A DNA stretch of 64,000 nt from Vicinamibacterales bacterium (GTDB taxonomy: Bacteria > Acidobacteriota > Vicinamibacteria > Vicinamibacterales > UBA2999), in the NCBI GenBank assembly GCA_044347565.1, contig JBIKUN010000007.1, forward strand, positions 3,307 through 67,306, in the 5' to 3' direction. The position numbers were made by a program, and so were the translations under genes. Below, one piece after another: positions 38,320-47,169 of the stretch. Below the pieces are notes generated by a model. That model was not told the origin of the DNA and did no database searches. It saw nothing but the letters and a program-made list of their open reading frames with translations. Position 1 is the stretch's first letter. Each line of letters begins with the position of its first letter.

Positions 38320-39350
38320 ACCCCGGCGTGCGGGCTGCCGCCCTGGCGCTGGCGCTCGCCGCCGGCAGCCTCGCGCCGTCGCTCGTGGCGCAGGCGCCGC
38401 GCACACATCGCCTCGAGGCCACGCCGGCCACCGTGGCCTACGGCTACTACTGGGCGGAGGCGGCGCCGGTGCTGCGCGTGGCGTCGGGCGATGTCATCGA
38501 CGTCGACACGCTGCTCACGAACACTCCGGCCGGACTCGAGCGGGCCGGCGTGCCGCCAGAAAAGGTGCAGGCGTCGCTGCGCCGCATCGTCAGCGAAGTC
38601 ACCGGGGACCGCCGCGGTCCGGGCGGACACATCCTGACCGGTCCGGTCTACGTGGAGGGCGCGCAGCCCGGCGACGTCCTCGAGGTGCACGTCGAATCCA
38701 TCGACCTGCCGATCGACTACGGCTACAACGGCTGCAGCGGCTTCCTGCCCGAGAACTGCGATCGCGCCGTGCCGACGAAGATCGTGCCGCTCGACCGCGC
38801 GGCGATGACGGCGGAGTTCTTTCCCGGCATCGTCGTGCCGCTCCGGCCGTTCTTCGGCAGCATGGGCGTGGCGCCGCCGGCGGCCGTGGGGCGCGTGAGC
38901 AGCAACCCGCCGAGCCGTTTTGCCGGCAACATGGACAACCGCGAGCTCATCGCCGGCTCCACGCTCTTCATCCCGGTGTTCGTTCCGGGCGCGCTCTTCG
39001 CCATCGGCGACGGCCACGCGGCGCAGGGCGACGGCGAGGTCAGTCAGACGGCGATCGAGACGTCGCTGCGCGGGCGCCTCCGGCTCACCGTGCGCAAGGG
39101 AGAGCCGCTCAACTGGCCTCGTGCCGAGACGCCCACCGATTACATCAGCATGGGCGCGGACCCCGATCTCACGGTGGCCACGCGCATCGCCATCCAGGAG
39201 ATGGTGGACTTCCTTGCGCGCACGCGCGGCCTCACGAAGCATCAGGCGTATCAGCTCGTGAGCGTGGCCGGTCACGTGGCCGTGACGCAGCTCGTGGACA
39301 AACCCACGATGGGCGTGCACGTGAAGGTGCCGAAGAGCCTCTTCCGCTAG
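38316..39350 (+). CDS. Secreted acetamidase/formamidase family amidase
   Basis: ORF trimmed to ATG 38316 (MNPGVRAAALALAL; ATGA overlap with the M28 stop). Motifs GNMDNRELIAGSTLFIPV and GDGHAAQGDGEV. Confidence 0.8.
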   Translation: MNPGVRAAALALALAAGSLAPSLVAQAPRTHRLEATPATVAYGYYWAEAAPVLRVASGDVIDVDTLLTNTPAGLERAGVPPEKVQASLRRIVSEVTGDRRGPGGHILTGPVYVEGAQPGDVLEVHVESIDLPIDYGYNGCSGFLPENCDRAVPTKIVPLDRAAMTAEFFPGIVVPLRPFFGSMGVAPPAAVGRVSSNPPSRFAGNMDNRELIAGSTLFIPVFVPGALFAIGDGHAAQGDGEVSQTAIETSLRGRLRLTVRKGEPLNWPRAETPTDYISMGADPDLTVATRIAIQEMVDFLARTRGLTKHQAYQLVSVAGHVAVTQLVDKPTMGVHVKVPKSLFR

Positions 39351-39356
39351 GCCGGG

Positions 39357-41924
39357 CTACTGCAGGCCGGGCACGACGGTGCCGTCGGCGCGGATCGTGA
39401 GGACGTCGCCCGGGCGCGCGGTCGCGCGCACCCAGCCGTGGGCGTAGCGCACCTCCACGTCGTACTCGCCAGGCCACGGCGCTGCGACCAGCAGGTCGTA
39501 GCCGTTCTGCGCCATGAACCCCGACCCGGCGTCGACGGCCCGGCGCAGTGTCTTCGAGGGCTGGCTGCGCGGGCGGAGCCGCACCACCCGCCCCTGCTGG
39601 TTGTGCTGGCCCGCGGCGCCGAGCACCCGCAGGCGGATGGCGGCGCTGCCGGTGCCGAGGCTCCGGTAGATGCGGAATCCGCCCGCCCCCGGTGTCGCGG
39701 GAGCGGCGTCTGCCCACCGGTTGATCACGTCGGGCAGGCCCGAGCCGTCGAGGTCGACGCACGCGAGCAGGTCGTTGTACGACGCCGGCGCCCGCAGCAC
39801 CGCGCTCTCCTTGAAGTGACCGCCGAGGTTGAGCAGGACGCGAGGCAGCCCCGCCGTGGAGACGCGATGGTTGTTGGCGACGAGCAGGTCCTCGTAGCCG
39901 TCGCCATTCAGGTCGCAGACGTTCACGCCGAAGCCGAACGTGTTGCTTTCGGGCGTGCCGGCGAGTATTTCCGCGGGGCCGAACCGTTCATCCTGGTTGC
40001 GGTACAGCCGCGTCACCCGCGCGTCGTGGTGCACGAGGTCGAGGTCGCCATCGAGATCCGCATCGAACAGCTGCAGGCCTTCGTCGAACTCGATCGGCAG
40101 CCGCCAGGCCGCGGCGGCGTCGGTGAAGGTCAGGTTGCCGTTGTTCAGGAAGAGTTGCGATGCCACGAGGATGTCGATCCAGCCATCGTCGTTCACGTCG
40201 ATGGCCTGGGCGCCCTCGGGCTGGAAGTGCGGGTTCAGGGCCACGCCGGCCGTGGCGGCGGCGTCGTGGAAGTGGCCACTGCCATCGTTCACGAGCAGCC
40301 AGTTCCGGCCGCCGTCGTCGAGTTGTGTGTAGTGCGGCAGGAAGATGTCGAGGTCGCCGTCGTTGTCGAAGTCGGCCGCGAGGATGGTCTCCCCGAAGCC
40401 GCGAATGCCCAGCGCCGCAACGCCCGCATCCTCGTGGAAGGTGCCGTCGCCGTGGCCGACCAGCAGGCCGGCCTTGACCGTGTCGTCGTCGGCGCGGGCA
40501 TACACGTTCGTGAAGGCATCGACGATGCCGTCGCCGGTGAAGTCGGCCCACCTGACGTCACGGGCCTTCTTGTCCGCCGCCGCATGCGACTCGAACCCCG
40601 CCGCCGCGTGGCGCTCGAACGTGCCGTCACAGCGTCCCCAGGCGCCGAGCAGATCCAGGCAGCCGTCCCCATTGATGTCGAGTAGCGCCGCCGTGACGTT
40701 GGCGAACCAGCCCATGTACTGGGTCAATACCAGCGCCGGCGCGATGGCCACCGGCCCTGGGGGACCCGAGACCGCGCCGTGCGCCGAGCCCACGCGGTAG
40801 TAAACGGGGGTGTCGCCGGCAGCGGCCGGCACCGTGGCGGGTGAACCCGAGACGTCCATGGCGGCAACGGTCGGGGCCAGCGCTTCGAGATCCGCGCGTG
40901 ACGTGCTCCAGAACACGCGGTGGGTGGCCTGTCCGGGCAGCGGGGAAAAGTGCGACTCGTGCCAGTCGTCGGTCGTGACGACGGCGGTCCAGTCAACCGC
41001 CGGCGGCGTCGCGGGTCCCGCACCGCAGTCGTTGAGGGCCACGATCTGCGTCGTGTAGTGGCCGGCGGGCGCCGGGCCCGTGAGGCGACGTGCCGCCGTC
41101 TCGACCTGGACCGCCACGGCGCCGCCGATACTCACGGCGTAGCGTGTCGCGGCGGCGCCCTCGGTTGGCGCCGACCACTCCACCGTCAGCGTCGAGCCGG
41201 TGCGCCAGGCGCGGAGGTCGTGCACCGGCCCGGGCGCGCCGCTGCAGGCCTGGGGCACGTCGACGGTGACGGGGGCCGACGGGGCACTGAGTCCGGCGCT
41301 GTTCATCGCCACCACCCGCAGGGTGTAGCGGCCAAGCGGCACGTTCGTGAACGTGGCGGTGTCTCCCGGGGGCAGCGGCACAGAGCCCGACAGCGGGCCG
41401 TCGACGAGCAGCCAGTGTGCGTCGGCGCTGCCACCGTCGTAGGTGGGTGTCCAGGTCAGCTTCAACGTCTGATCGCGCACCAGGGTCGCAAGGCCGGCCG
41501 GCGGCGAGGGCGGGAGCACGGAGCCGGCCACCGCGCGAAGCTCCACCGACACGTCGGACGTCTCGCCGGACGCGATGCTCCTGAGGCGCAGGTAGTACAC
41601 GCCATCAGGCAGCGTGAGTTCGGCTTCCGGGGCCTCGCCGAGCGGCACCCGCCCCAGCACTTCGCCCGGGGCGTAGCCGCCTTCGAGCACGTAACCGGTG
41701 GGCAGGGGGCCAGTGCCAGGCGCGGTCCAGCGGAGTGCGAGCCTGCCGCCGCCCGTGCGCTGCACCGCGAGGCCGGTCGGGGGCTGCGGCGCCCCGTCGT
41801 TGTCGGCGCGAATCACGACCGGCCACGGCACGTCCGCGGGTGGCTCGGGCGCGCGTGCGGTGAGCCCCGCGGCGAGTGCCACACCAAGACCAGCAGCCAC
41901 GGATATCCGGCGAAGAGCGCGCAT
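39357..41924 (-). CDS. Secreted CRTAC1-like protein: 3 FN3-like modules + FG-GAP/VCBS repeats + ASPIC/UnbV C-terminal domain
   Basis: ORF 39357..41945 (TTG) trimmed to ATG MRALRRISVAAGLGVALAAG. Three modules of about 90 aa (..LRWTAP.., ..LTWTPT.., ..VEWSAP..), repeated DxDGDGxxD/DFDNDGDLD loops, and a C-terminal RVLGAAGQHNQQGRVVRLR...GSGFMAQNG. Confidence 0.7.
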   Translation of the reverse strand: MRALRRISVAAGLGVALAAGLTARAPEPPADVPWPVVIRADNDGAPQPPTGLAVQRTGGGRLALRWTAPGTGPLPTGYVLEGGYAPGEVLGRVPLGEAPEAELTLPDGVYYLRLRSIASGETSDVSVELRAVAGSVLPPSPPAGLATLVRDQTLKLTWTPTYDGGSADAHWLLVDGPLSGSVPLPPGDTATFTNVPLGRYTLRVVAMNSAGLSAPSAPVTVDVPQACSGAPGPVHDLRAWRTGSTLTVEWSAPTEGAAATRYAVSIGGAVAVQVETAARRLTGPAPAGHYTTQIVALNDCGAGPATPPAVDWTAVVTTDDWHESHFSPLPGQATHRVFWSTSRADLEALAPTVAAMDVSGSPATVPAAAGDTPVYYRVGSAHGAVSGPPGPVAIAPALVLTQYMGWFANVTAALLDINGDGCLDLLGAWGRCDGTFERHAAAGFESHAAADKKARDVRWADFTGDGIVDAFTNVYARADDDTVKAGLLVGHGDGTFHEDAGVAALGIRGFGETILAADFDNDGDLDIFLPHYTQLDDGGRNWLLVNDGSGHFHDAAATAGVALNPHFQPEGAQAIDVNDDGWIDILVASQLFLNNGNLTFTDAAAAWRLPIEFDEGLQLFDADLDGDLDLVHHDARVTRLYRNQDERFGPAEILAGTPESNTFGFGVNVCDLNGDGYEDLLVANNHRVSTAGLPRVLLNLGGHFKESAVLRAPASYNDLLACVDLDGSGLPDVINRWADAAPATPGAGGFRIYRSLGTGSAAIRLRVLGAAGQHNQQGRVVRLRPRSQPSKTLRRAVDAGSGFMAQNGYDLLVAAPWPGEYDVEVRYAHGWVRATARPGDVLTIRADGTVVPGLQ

Positions 41925-42076
41925 GTCCCGTGAAGGAAATTGCAAGACTCATGCCGCACGACCCGCCGCACAGCGCTGCGTCACGGAGTGCAGCTGTATG
42001 CCGTTCCATGCTGGTCCGAGCGGAGCACTACGTCGGGCCACCGACGGTTGCGTCAACGGCCTGACCGTTCTGACTG

Positions 42077-43240
42077 TCAGCGCTGGCCGGCGCGCCGGGC
42101 CAGATACGCAGCGCGCAGCGTCGCAACGAGCCGCTCATCGACGAGACCCGGCGGATTGCCCGCGTAGTTCAGCTTGTGCTCGCGCCGGAAGGTGTCTACC
42201 GCGGCGATGGTCTCGGCGTCGAACTGCGCGTAGTCGCGCGCGAACGCCGCCGCGGCGGTGCGCGCCTCGGTCTGGAGGGCATCGGCCTGGGCCGGGTTGG
42301 CTCGGCGCAGCGCCTGCATCTCGCGCGCGTTCGGTGCCTTCGGCGGCTCCGGGAAGGCCGCAAGCGACGGCCGCCACGCGCCCACGGCGTGCAGCATGCG
42401 CTTCAGCTCGACCACGTCGGGCCCCTCGATCTGCGAGAACGTGCGGTAGCCGAGCCGGCGCTGTGTCGTGTAGTAGATGCGCTTCATCTCGCCCACCGGC
42501 TCGGCGTGTTCCCCGACCTCGATGGCGAGCGCGATGTAGTCGTTACCGCGGCCGGGATCGTTCGGATCAGCGATGCGGATCGCGGCCGACTGCAGGTTGC
42601 CCCAGCGGCTGTCGCCGCCCTTGGCCTGCCCGGCCTCGAGGGCGAGAATCATGCGCTCGGCCAGCGGCATGCCGGTGCCTTCGGTGGCTTCGAAGACCGT
42701 GGCCACGGCTTCGACGACCTCGGGGCCGACCATGATGTTGGCCTGCACGGTGTAGTGCTTCCCCTGACGGCTGCCCGCCCAGGCACTGTTGCCTTTGCCG
42801 GTGTGGGCGGCGGCGCGGCCCTGCATGTCGATCATGCCGAGCTGCCGCGATTCACGCGCGGCGTCGGTCGCGAGCAGCTGCGCGATCGCGTCTTTGGGCT
42901 CGACGCCCCTGGCCATGAGGTCGAGGCCGCGCACGCCGTACTCGACCATCGTCGAAGCCTGCGTGCACACGGCGCCGATGCCGGCGCGCACCCACGGCAC
43001 CGCGCGGCCCACGAACGGCACGCGTGTCGTCACAGCGGCGCCCGACTGGCCGGTGGCTGGATCGATCGCGCAGAGCGAGAAGGTCGAGTACTGCGGGTCG
43101 CCCACTTCGTCCACGGTGACGCCGTCGGCGGCGCGCCACGGCGACCGCGTCGCCGGCGCCTGACCGGCCTGCCGCGCCTCGGCCGGGACGAAGGCGGTGA
43201 AGAACAGAGCGGTGGCCAGCACGGTGGTGATGCGCAGCAT
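42077..43240 (-). CDS. Secreted DUF1028 (Ntn-hydrolase-fold) protein with a C-terminal peptidoglycan-binding-like domain
   Basis: ORF trimmed to MLRITTVLATALFF (AGGAG SD). STFSLCAIDPATGQSGAAVTT is DUF1028-like; the C-terminus ..IAAVDTFRREHKLNYAGNPPGLVDERLVATL resembles PG_binding_1. Confidence 0.65.
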   Translation of the reverse strand: MLRITTVLATALFFTAFVPAEARQAGQAPATRSPWRAADGVTVDEVGDPQYSTFSLCAIDPATGQSGAAVTTRVPFVGRAVPWVRAGIGAVCTQASTMVEYGVRGLDLMARGVEPKDAIAQLLATDAARESRQLGMIDMQGRAAAHTGKGNSAWAGSRQGKHYTVQANIMVGPEVVEAVATVFEATEGTGMPLAERMILALEAGQAKGGDSRWGNLQSAAIRIADPNDPGRGNDYIALAIEVGEHAEPVGEMKRIYYTTQRRLGYRTFSQIEGPDVVELKRMLHAVGAWRPSLAAFPEPPKAPNAREMQALRRANPAQADALQTEARTAAAAFARDYAQFDAETIAAVDTFRREHKLNYAGNPPGLVDERLVATLRAAYLARRAGQR

Positions 43241-43260
43241 GACGTCTCCTGTGAGGCGCC

Positions 43261-43266
43261 ATTCTA
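43261..43266 (-). promoter_or_regulatory. -10 box TAGAAT, 20 nt upstream of the DUF1028 ATG (short SD-containing leader)
   Basis: Minus strand reads ggTAGAATggcgcctcacAGGAGacgtcATG. Confidence 0.35.
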
Positions 43267-43344
43267 CCTGCCGCGTGCCGGCGCTGTCGCACACGGGCGC
43301 TTCTCGCTCTTCCTCTGCGCGCGCCGGACGGGAGTCGCGCGGGT

Positions 43345-45753
43345 CTAGAACCGGAAGAGGCGGTTCACTTTCACGACGAACGCGCGGTTGCGCAGGCCGG
43401 GATACCCGGCCGTCGTCGTGTCACGCTCGTCGGTGTAGACGACGAAGATCTCGCTGCCCGGCCGGTACTCCCACCGGAAGCGGACGTTGCTCGAGAACGT
43501 GCGGTCGTTGGAGCTGTACTGGACGAGTGCACTCAGAAACCTGAGCGGCGTGAAGGCGTAGTCGGCGCGCGTCCGCAGCAGCGAGGTATCGAAGTCGCCA
43601 TCAGGCAGGCGGCCCCGGTTGTAGGTCACTGACGGCTCCACCGAGAACTGCTTGGTGATGGCCACGCGCGCCCCGCTGATCGTGAGGCTCGTGAGCGTGC
43701 CATCGTAGAACTCACCCGCCCTGACGGACACGGTGCCGGAGGTGCGCCTCTGCTGGCCGAACGCGTAGCTCGTCGTCAGCGAATTGAAGTGGTAGTCACC
43801 GGCGCGGATGTTGACGCCGCGGGCGACGTTGAAGGGGCGCACCAGCAGCTCCTGCGAGGCGTTCAGGTCGAGCGTGAACTGGTCGCTGCTCTGGAATTCC
43901 GTGAGGAACCGGGCCGTGTTGCTGCTCGATTCGACCCGCTGGCTGCGGTTGACGACGTACTCCGCCGCCCCCTCGAACAGGTAGCGCCGCACGAGCCGGC
44001 CGCGGCGCAGGCGCGGGCTGAAACGTCCGGAGGCGAACGTGCGGCCGAATCCGCGGCGCTGCACGAACCCCACCTCGGGGTAGAAATTCGTGCCGACGTC
44101 GAGATAGTCGAGGCGCAGGCCGTAGCGGTCGGCGCCCCACTCGACGCGCGCCTGGTAGCTGTCTTCGTCGCCCGACCGGTTGGGCGACTCGGTGCGCGCG
44201 TAGTAGGCATTGGCGGTGACGTTCTGGAAGAACGAGAACGCGCCGTCGATGCCGTAGGCCTGGTTGGCGCCGGCCACGGCCGGTGAGTTCGAGCGATTCG
44301 TGAACAGCACGCCCACGTTGCTGCGCTTGAGCACGTCGCGCCGCAGCCGAACCACCGAGAAGTTCGTGCGCGGCGTGCAGGTGCTGTAGGGCGCCGCACA
44401 GTCGTCGGCATCGACACCGGTCGCCGACTCGTAGCCGGTCTCCATGTTCATCAGGCCGATGGCGGTCTTGCCGAGGGTGCCGGTCACGCGGGCGCCGGCC
44501 ATGATCGGCACCTCGCGGCCGTTATTGAGGCCGATCCGGCGCGTGAAGAACAGCTGCGGAGCATTGTTGGCGATCGCGGTCTGGCCGCTGAAGCCGACCT
44601 GTCCGCTGGCGCGCGCAAACTCGAATGTGCCGCGCCCCTCGAGGAAGAAGTCGCGCTTCTCGGGAAACACAATCGGGAACCTCGTGAGGTTGACCTGCTG
44701 TTCGTCCACCTCCACCTGCGCGAAGTCGGTGTTCACGGTCAGGTCCGCGGTCATGTTGGCGTTGATGCCGTACTTCGCGTCCATGCCGCCGGTGGCCTTG
44801 AACGCGTTGTCGATGGCCGGCGTGCGCGTGAGATCAGAACTGACTCGCGAGATGGCGTAGGGCTTGAGCTCGACGTTCCTGGCGGCGGGCGGCAGGTCGA
44901 GGCCCACGAGCGATGCCGCCGCCGAGACCCGGAAGATGCTCGTGGCGCCGCCGGTGGCCGCCGGCACGAACGTGAGGTGCGTCCACTCGTTCTTGCGACG
45001 GATGGAGCGCCGGATCTGGATGCCCCAGACCTGGCCTGGCCCCGAGACGTAGCGGATCGAGCGGAACGGGATGGCGAGTTCCACCGTCCAGCCGCCGTCG
45101 AACCGCCCCGTGCGGGCGAACCAGACGGGGTTCCAGTCGCTGTTCGGATTCCCCTCGTTGGCGACCACCTGGTCGGCCCGTGCGGCGAGGGGATTCGTGT
45201 AGAAATGGAATCCGTTGCGACCGTCGTGAAACGTGTCGAGCAGGGCACCGAAGATGTCGTTCTGGCGCAGCTGCGCCGTGTCGCGCCGGTACTCGTTGGC
45301 CGTCCACTCCTCCGGCGGCGCCGAGTCCCAGCAGCGGCACGAAATGTAGAAGTTCTGGTCATCGTACGCCACCCATGCCTCGGTCTTCTCGGTGGCCAGC
45401 GCGCCTTCGTCCGGTACCGTCTGGATGAAGTCCGAGACGGGCTTGGTCGTGGAGTACAGCGGCTCGTCGAGCACGCCGTCGACCACGAGCGGATGATCGA
45501 GGCGTGTGGCTCGCACGACCACCCGCCCGTTGTCGCCGCGGCTCATCACCTCCGGCATGACCGGCGGTGGCGGGTCGGGCATGCCCGGCATGTTGAACGG
45601 CCGGCGGGCCGGCCTCGTGGCTGGCGCGGCAGGCGCCTGGGCCCACGTCACGTCAGCGATGGCGAAGAGGCACACGACGAGCGCCGCGGTGTGGACCTGT
45701 GACACGCGGGCGGGGGCGCACCCGCACCGGTGTCGGCCGATCAGTCGGAACAT
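43345..45753 (-). CDS. DUF5916 / CBM9-like domain outer-membrane protein
   Basis: CBM9/DOMON-like N-domain (VVDGVLDEPLY...AWVAYDDQNFYISCRCWD...WTVELAIPF) followed by a long beta-strand-rich region ending ..VKVNRLFRF. An alternative GTG start lies at 45705. Confidence 0.65.
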   Translation of the reverse strand: MFRLIGRHRCGCAPARVSQVHTAALVVCLFAIADVTWAQAPAAPATRPARRPFNMPGMPDPPPPVMPEVMSRGDNGRVVVRATRLDHPLVVDGVLDEPLYSTTKPVSDFIQTVPDEGALATEKTEAWVAYDDQNFYISCRCWDSAPPEEWTANEYRRDTAQLRQNDIFGALLDTFHDGRNGFHFYTNPLAARADQVVANEGNPNSDWNPVWFARTGRFDGGWTVELAIPFRSIRYVSGPGQVWGIQIRRSIRRKNEWTHLTFVPAATGGATSIFRVSAAASLVGLDLPPAARNVELKPYAISRVSSDLTRTPAIDNAFKATGGMDAKYGINANMTADLTVNTDFAQVEVDEQQVNLTRFPIVFPEKRDFFLEGRGTFEFARASGQVGFSGQTAIANNAPQLFFTRRIGLNNGREVPIMAGARVTGTLGKTAIGLMNMETGYESATGVDADDCAAPYSTCTPRTNFSVVRLRRDVLKRSNVGVLFTNRSNSPAVAGANQAYGIDGAFSFFQNVTANAYYARTESPNRSGDEDSYQARVEWGADRYGLRLDYLDVGTNFYPEVGFVQRRGFGRTFASGRFSPRLRRGRLVRRYLFEGAAEYVVNRSQRVESSSNTARFLTEFQSSDQFTLDLNASQELLVRPFNVARGVNIRAGDYHFNSLTTSYAFGQQRRTSGTVSVRAGEFYDGTLTSLTISGARVAITKQFSVEPSVTYNRGRLPDGDFDTSLLRTRADYAFTPLRFLSALVQYSSNDRTFSSNVRFRWEYRPGSEIFVVYTDERDTTTAGYPGLRNRAFVVKVNRLFRF

Positions 45754-45765
45754 CGAATGCGGGCG

Positions 45766-47154
45766 CTAGCGCAGCTCCGCCAGAATGGCGTCAATCATCT
45801 TCTTCGCGTCGCCGAAGAGCATCTGTGTGTTGTCGCGGAAGAAGAGCGGATTCTCGACGCCGGCGTAGCCGCTGGCCATGCCGCGCTTCATCACGATGCA
45901 GGTCTTTGCCTTCCAGACCTCGAGCACCGGCATGCCGTAGATCGGGCTCGACGGATCGTCGAGCGCGCCGGGATTCACGATGTCGTTGGCGCCGATGACG
46001 AGCACCGCATCGGTTTCGGGGAGATCATCGTTGATCTCGTCCATCTCGAGCACGATGTCGTACGGCACCTTGGCTTCGGCGAGCAGCACGTTCATGTGGC
46101 CCGGCAGACGGCCGGCCACCGGATGGATCGCGAAGCGCACGTTGGCGCCTTTGTCGCGCAGGATCTTCGTCACCTCGAAGAGCGGATACTGCGCCTGCGC
46201 CACCGCCATGCCGTAGCCCGGCACGATGACGATGCTCTTGGCTTCCTGCAGGATGTCGGCGGTTTCCTTCGCCGTGACACTCTTCACCTCGCCCTGCGGC
46301 TCGCCCTCGGCGCGGGCCGGCGCCTTGCCCTCCTCGGCGCCGAAACCGCCGAAGATCACGCTCAGGAACGAGCGGTTCATCGCCTTGCACATGATGTAGC
46401 TGAGGATGGCGCCGCTCGAGCCGACGAGCGCGCCGGTGATGATGAGCAGGTCGTTGTTCAGCATGAACCCGGCAGCCGCGGCGGCCCAGCCCGAGTAGCT
46501 GTTGAGCATCGAGACGACGACCGGCATGTCGGCGCCGCCGATGGCCATGACGAGGTGGATGCCAAGCACGCCGGCGACCACCGTCGTCCAGAGCAGCGGC
46601 GCGAGTGTCGGGTGGCCGAGGAACTGGCTGGCGAAGAACAGACACGCCGCCACCATGCCGATGTTGAGCATGTGCCGGGCCGGCAGCAGCAGCGGCTTGC
46701 TGCCGATGAGGCCCTGCAGCTTGCCGAAGGCGACGAGCGAGCCGGTGAAGGTGACGGCGCCGACGAACACGCCGACGAACGTCTCGATCTGGTGGATGGT
46801 GGCGGCCACCCCTTCGTGCGCCACGGTCGGGTCGAGCGTGCCGCCGAGGCCGACGAGCACCGCGGCGGCGCCGACGAAGCTGTGCAGGATGGCGACGAGC
46901 TGCGGCATCGACGTCATCTCGACGCGCGCCGCCATCACGGCGCCGATGGCCGAGCCCACGGCCATGGCCCCCGCCATCACCGGGTAGCCGCCCGCCTTCG
47001 GGCTGAGCGCGGTGGCGACGGCGGCGATGATCATGCCGACGATGCCGAACAGGTTGCCGCGTCCGGCGGTGGCCTGCGCGGAGAGTCCGCTCAGGCTCAT
47101 GATGAACAGGAGCCCGGCGACGATGTACGCAACGGTCACGAGTGATTCAGGCAC
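45766..47154 (-). CDS. pntB: NAD(P) transhydrogenase subunit beta
   Basis: N-terminal multi-TM region plus C-terminal NADP(H) domain ([26 protein letters not shown]). Confidence 0.9.
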   Translation of the reverse strand: MPESLVTVAYIVAGLLFIMSLSGLSAQATAGRGNLFGIVGMIIAAVATALSPKAGGYPVMAGAMAVGSAIGAVMAARVEMTSMPQLVAILHSFVGAAAVLVGLGGTLDPTVAHEGVAATIHQIETFVGVFVGAVTFTGSLVAFGKLQGLIGSKPLLLPARHMLNIGMVAACLFFASQFLGHPTLAPLLWTTVVAGVLGIHLVMAIGGADMPVVVSMLNSYSGWAAAAAGFMLNNDLLIITGALVGSSGAILSYIMCKAMNRSFLSVIFGGFGAEEGKAPARAEGEPQGEVKSVTAKETADILQEAKSIVIVPGYGMAVAQAQYPLFEVTKILRDKGANVRFAIHPVAGRLPGHMNVLLAEAKVPYDIVLEMDEINDDLPETDAVLVIGANDIVNPGALDDPSSPIYGMPVLEVWKAKTCIVMKRGMASGYAGVENPLFFRDNTQMLFGDAKKMIDAILAELR

Positions 47155-47169
47155 GGCTCGGGATCCTCG

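Noticed and set aside
34846-38406. 1186-aa minus-strand ORF spanning gabT, gabD and the M28 peptidase
   Set aside because: It lies antisense to three genes with unmistakable enzyme motifs. Its product is Arg/Ala/Gly/His-rich with no motifs, which is the expected stop-free antisense frame of about 70% GC DNA.
39438-40685. 415-aa plus-strand ORF inside the CRTAC1-like gene
   Set aside because: It is antisense to repeated FG-GAP DxDGDG motifs read on the minus strand. It has no motifs of its own.
45730-47145. 471-aa plus-strand ORF over pntB, and 47147..48550 / 47356..48867 over pntA
   Set aside because: These are antisense or off-frame to unmistakable transhydrogenase subunits.
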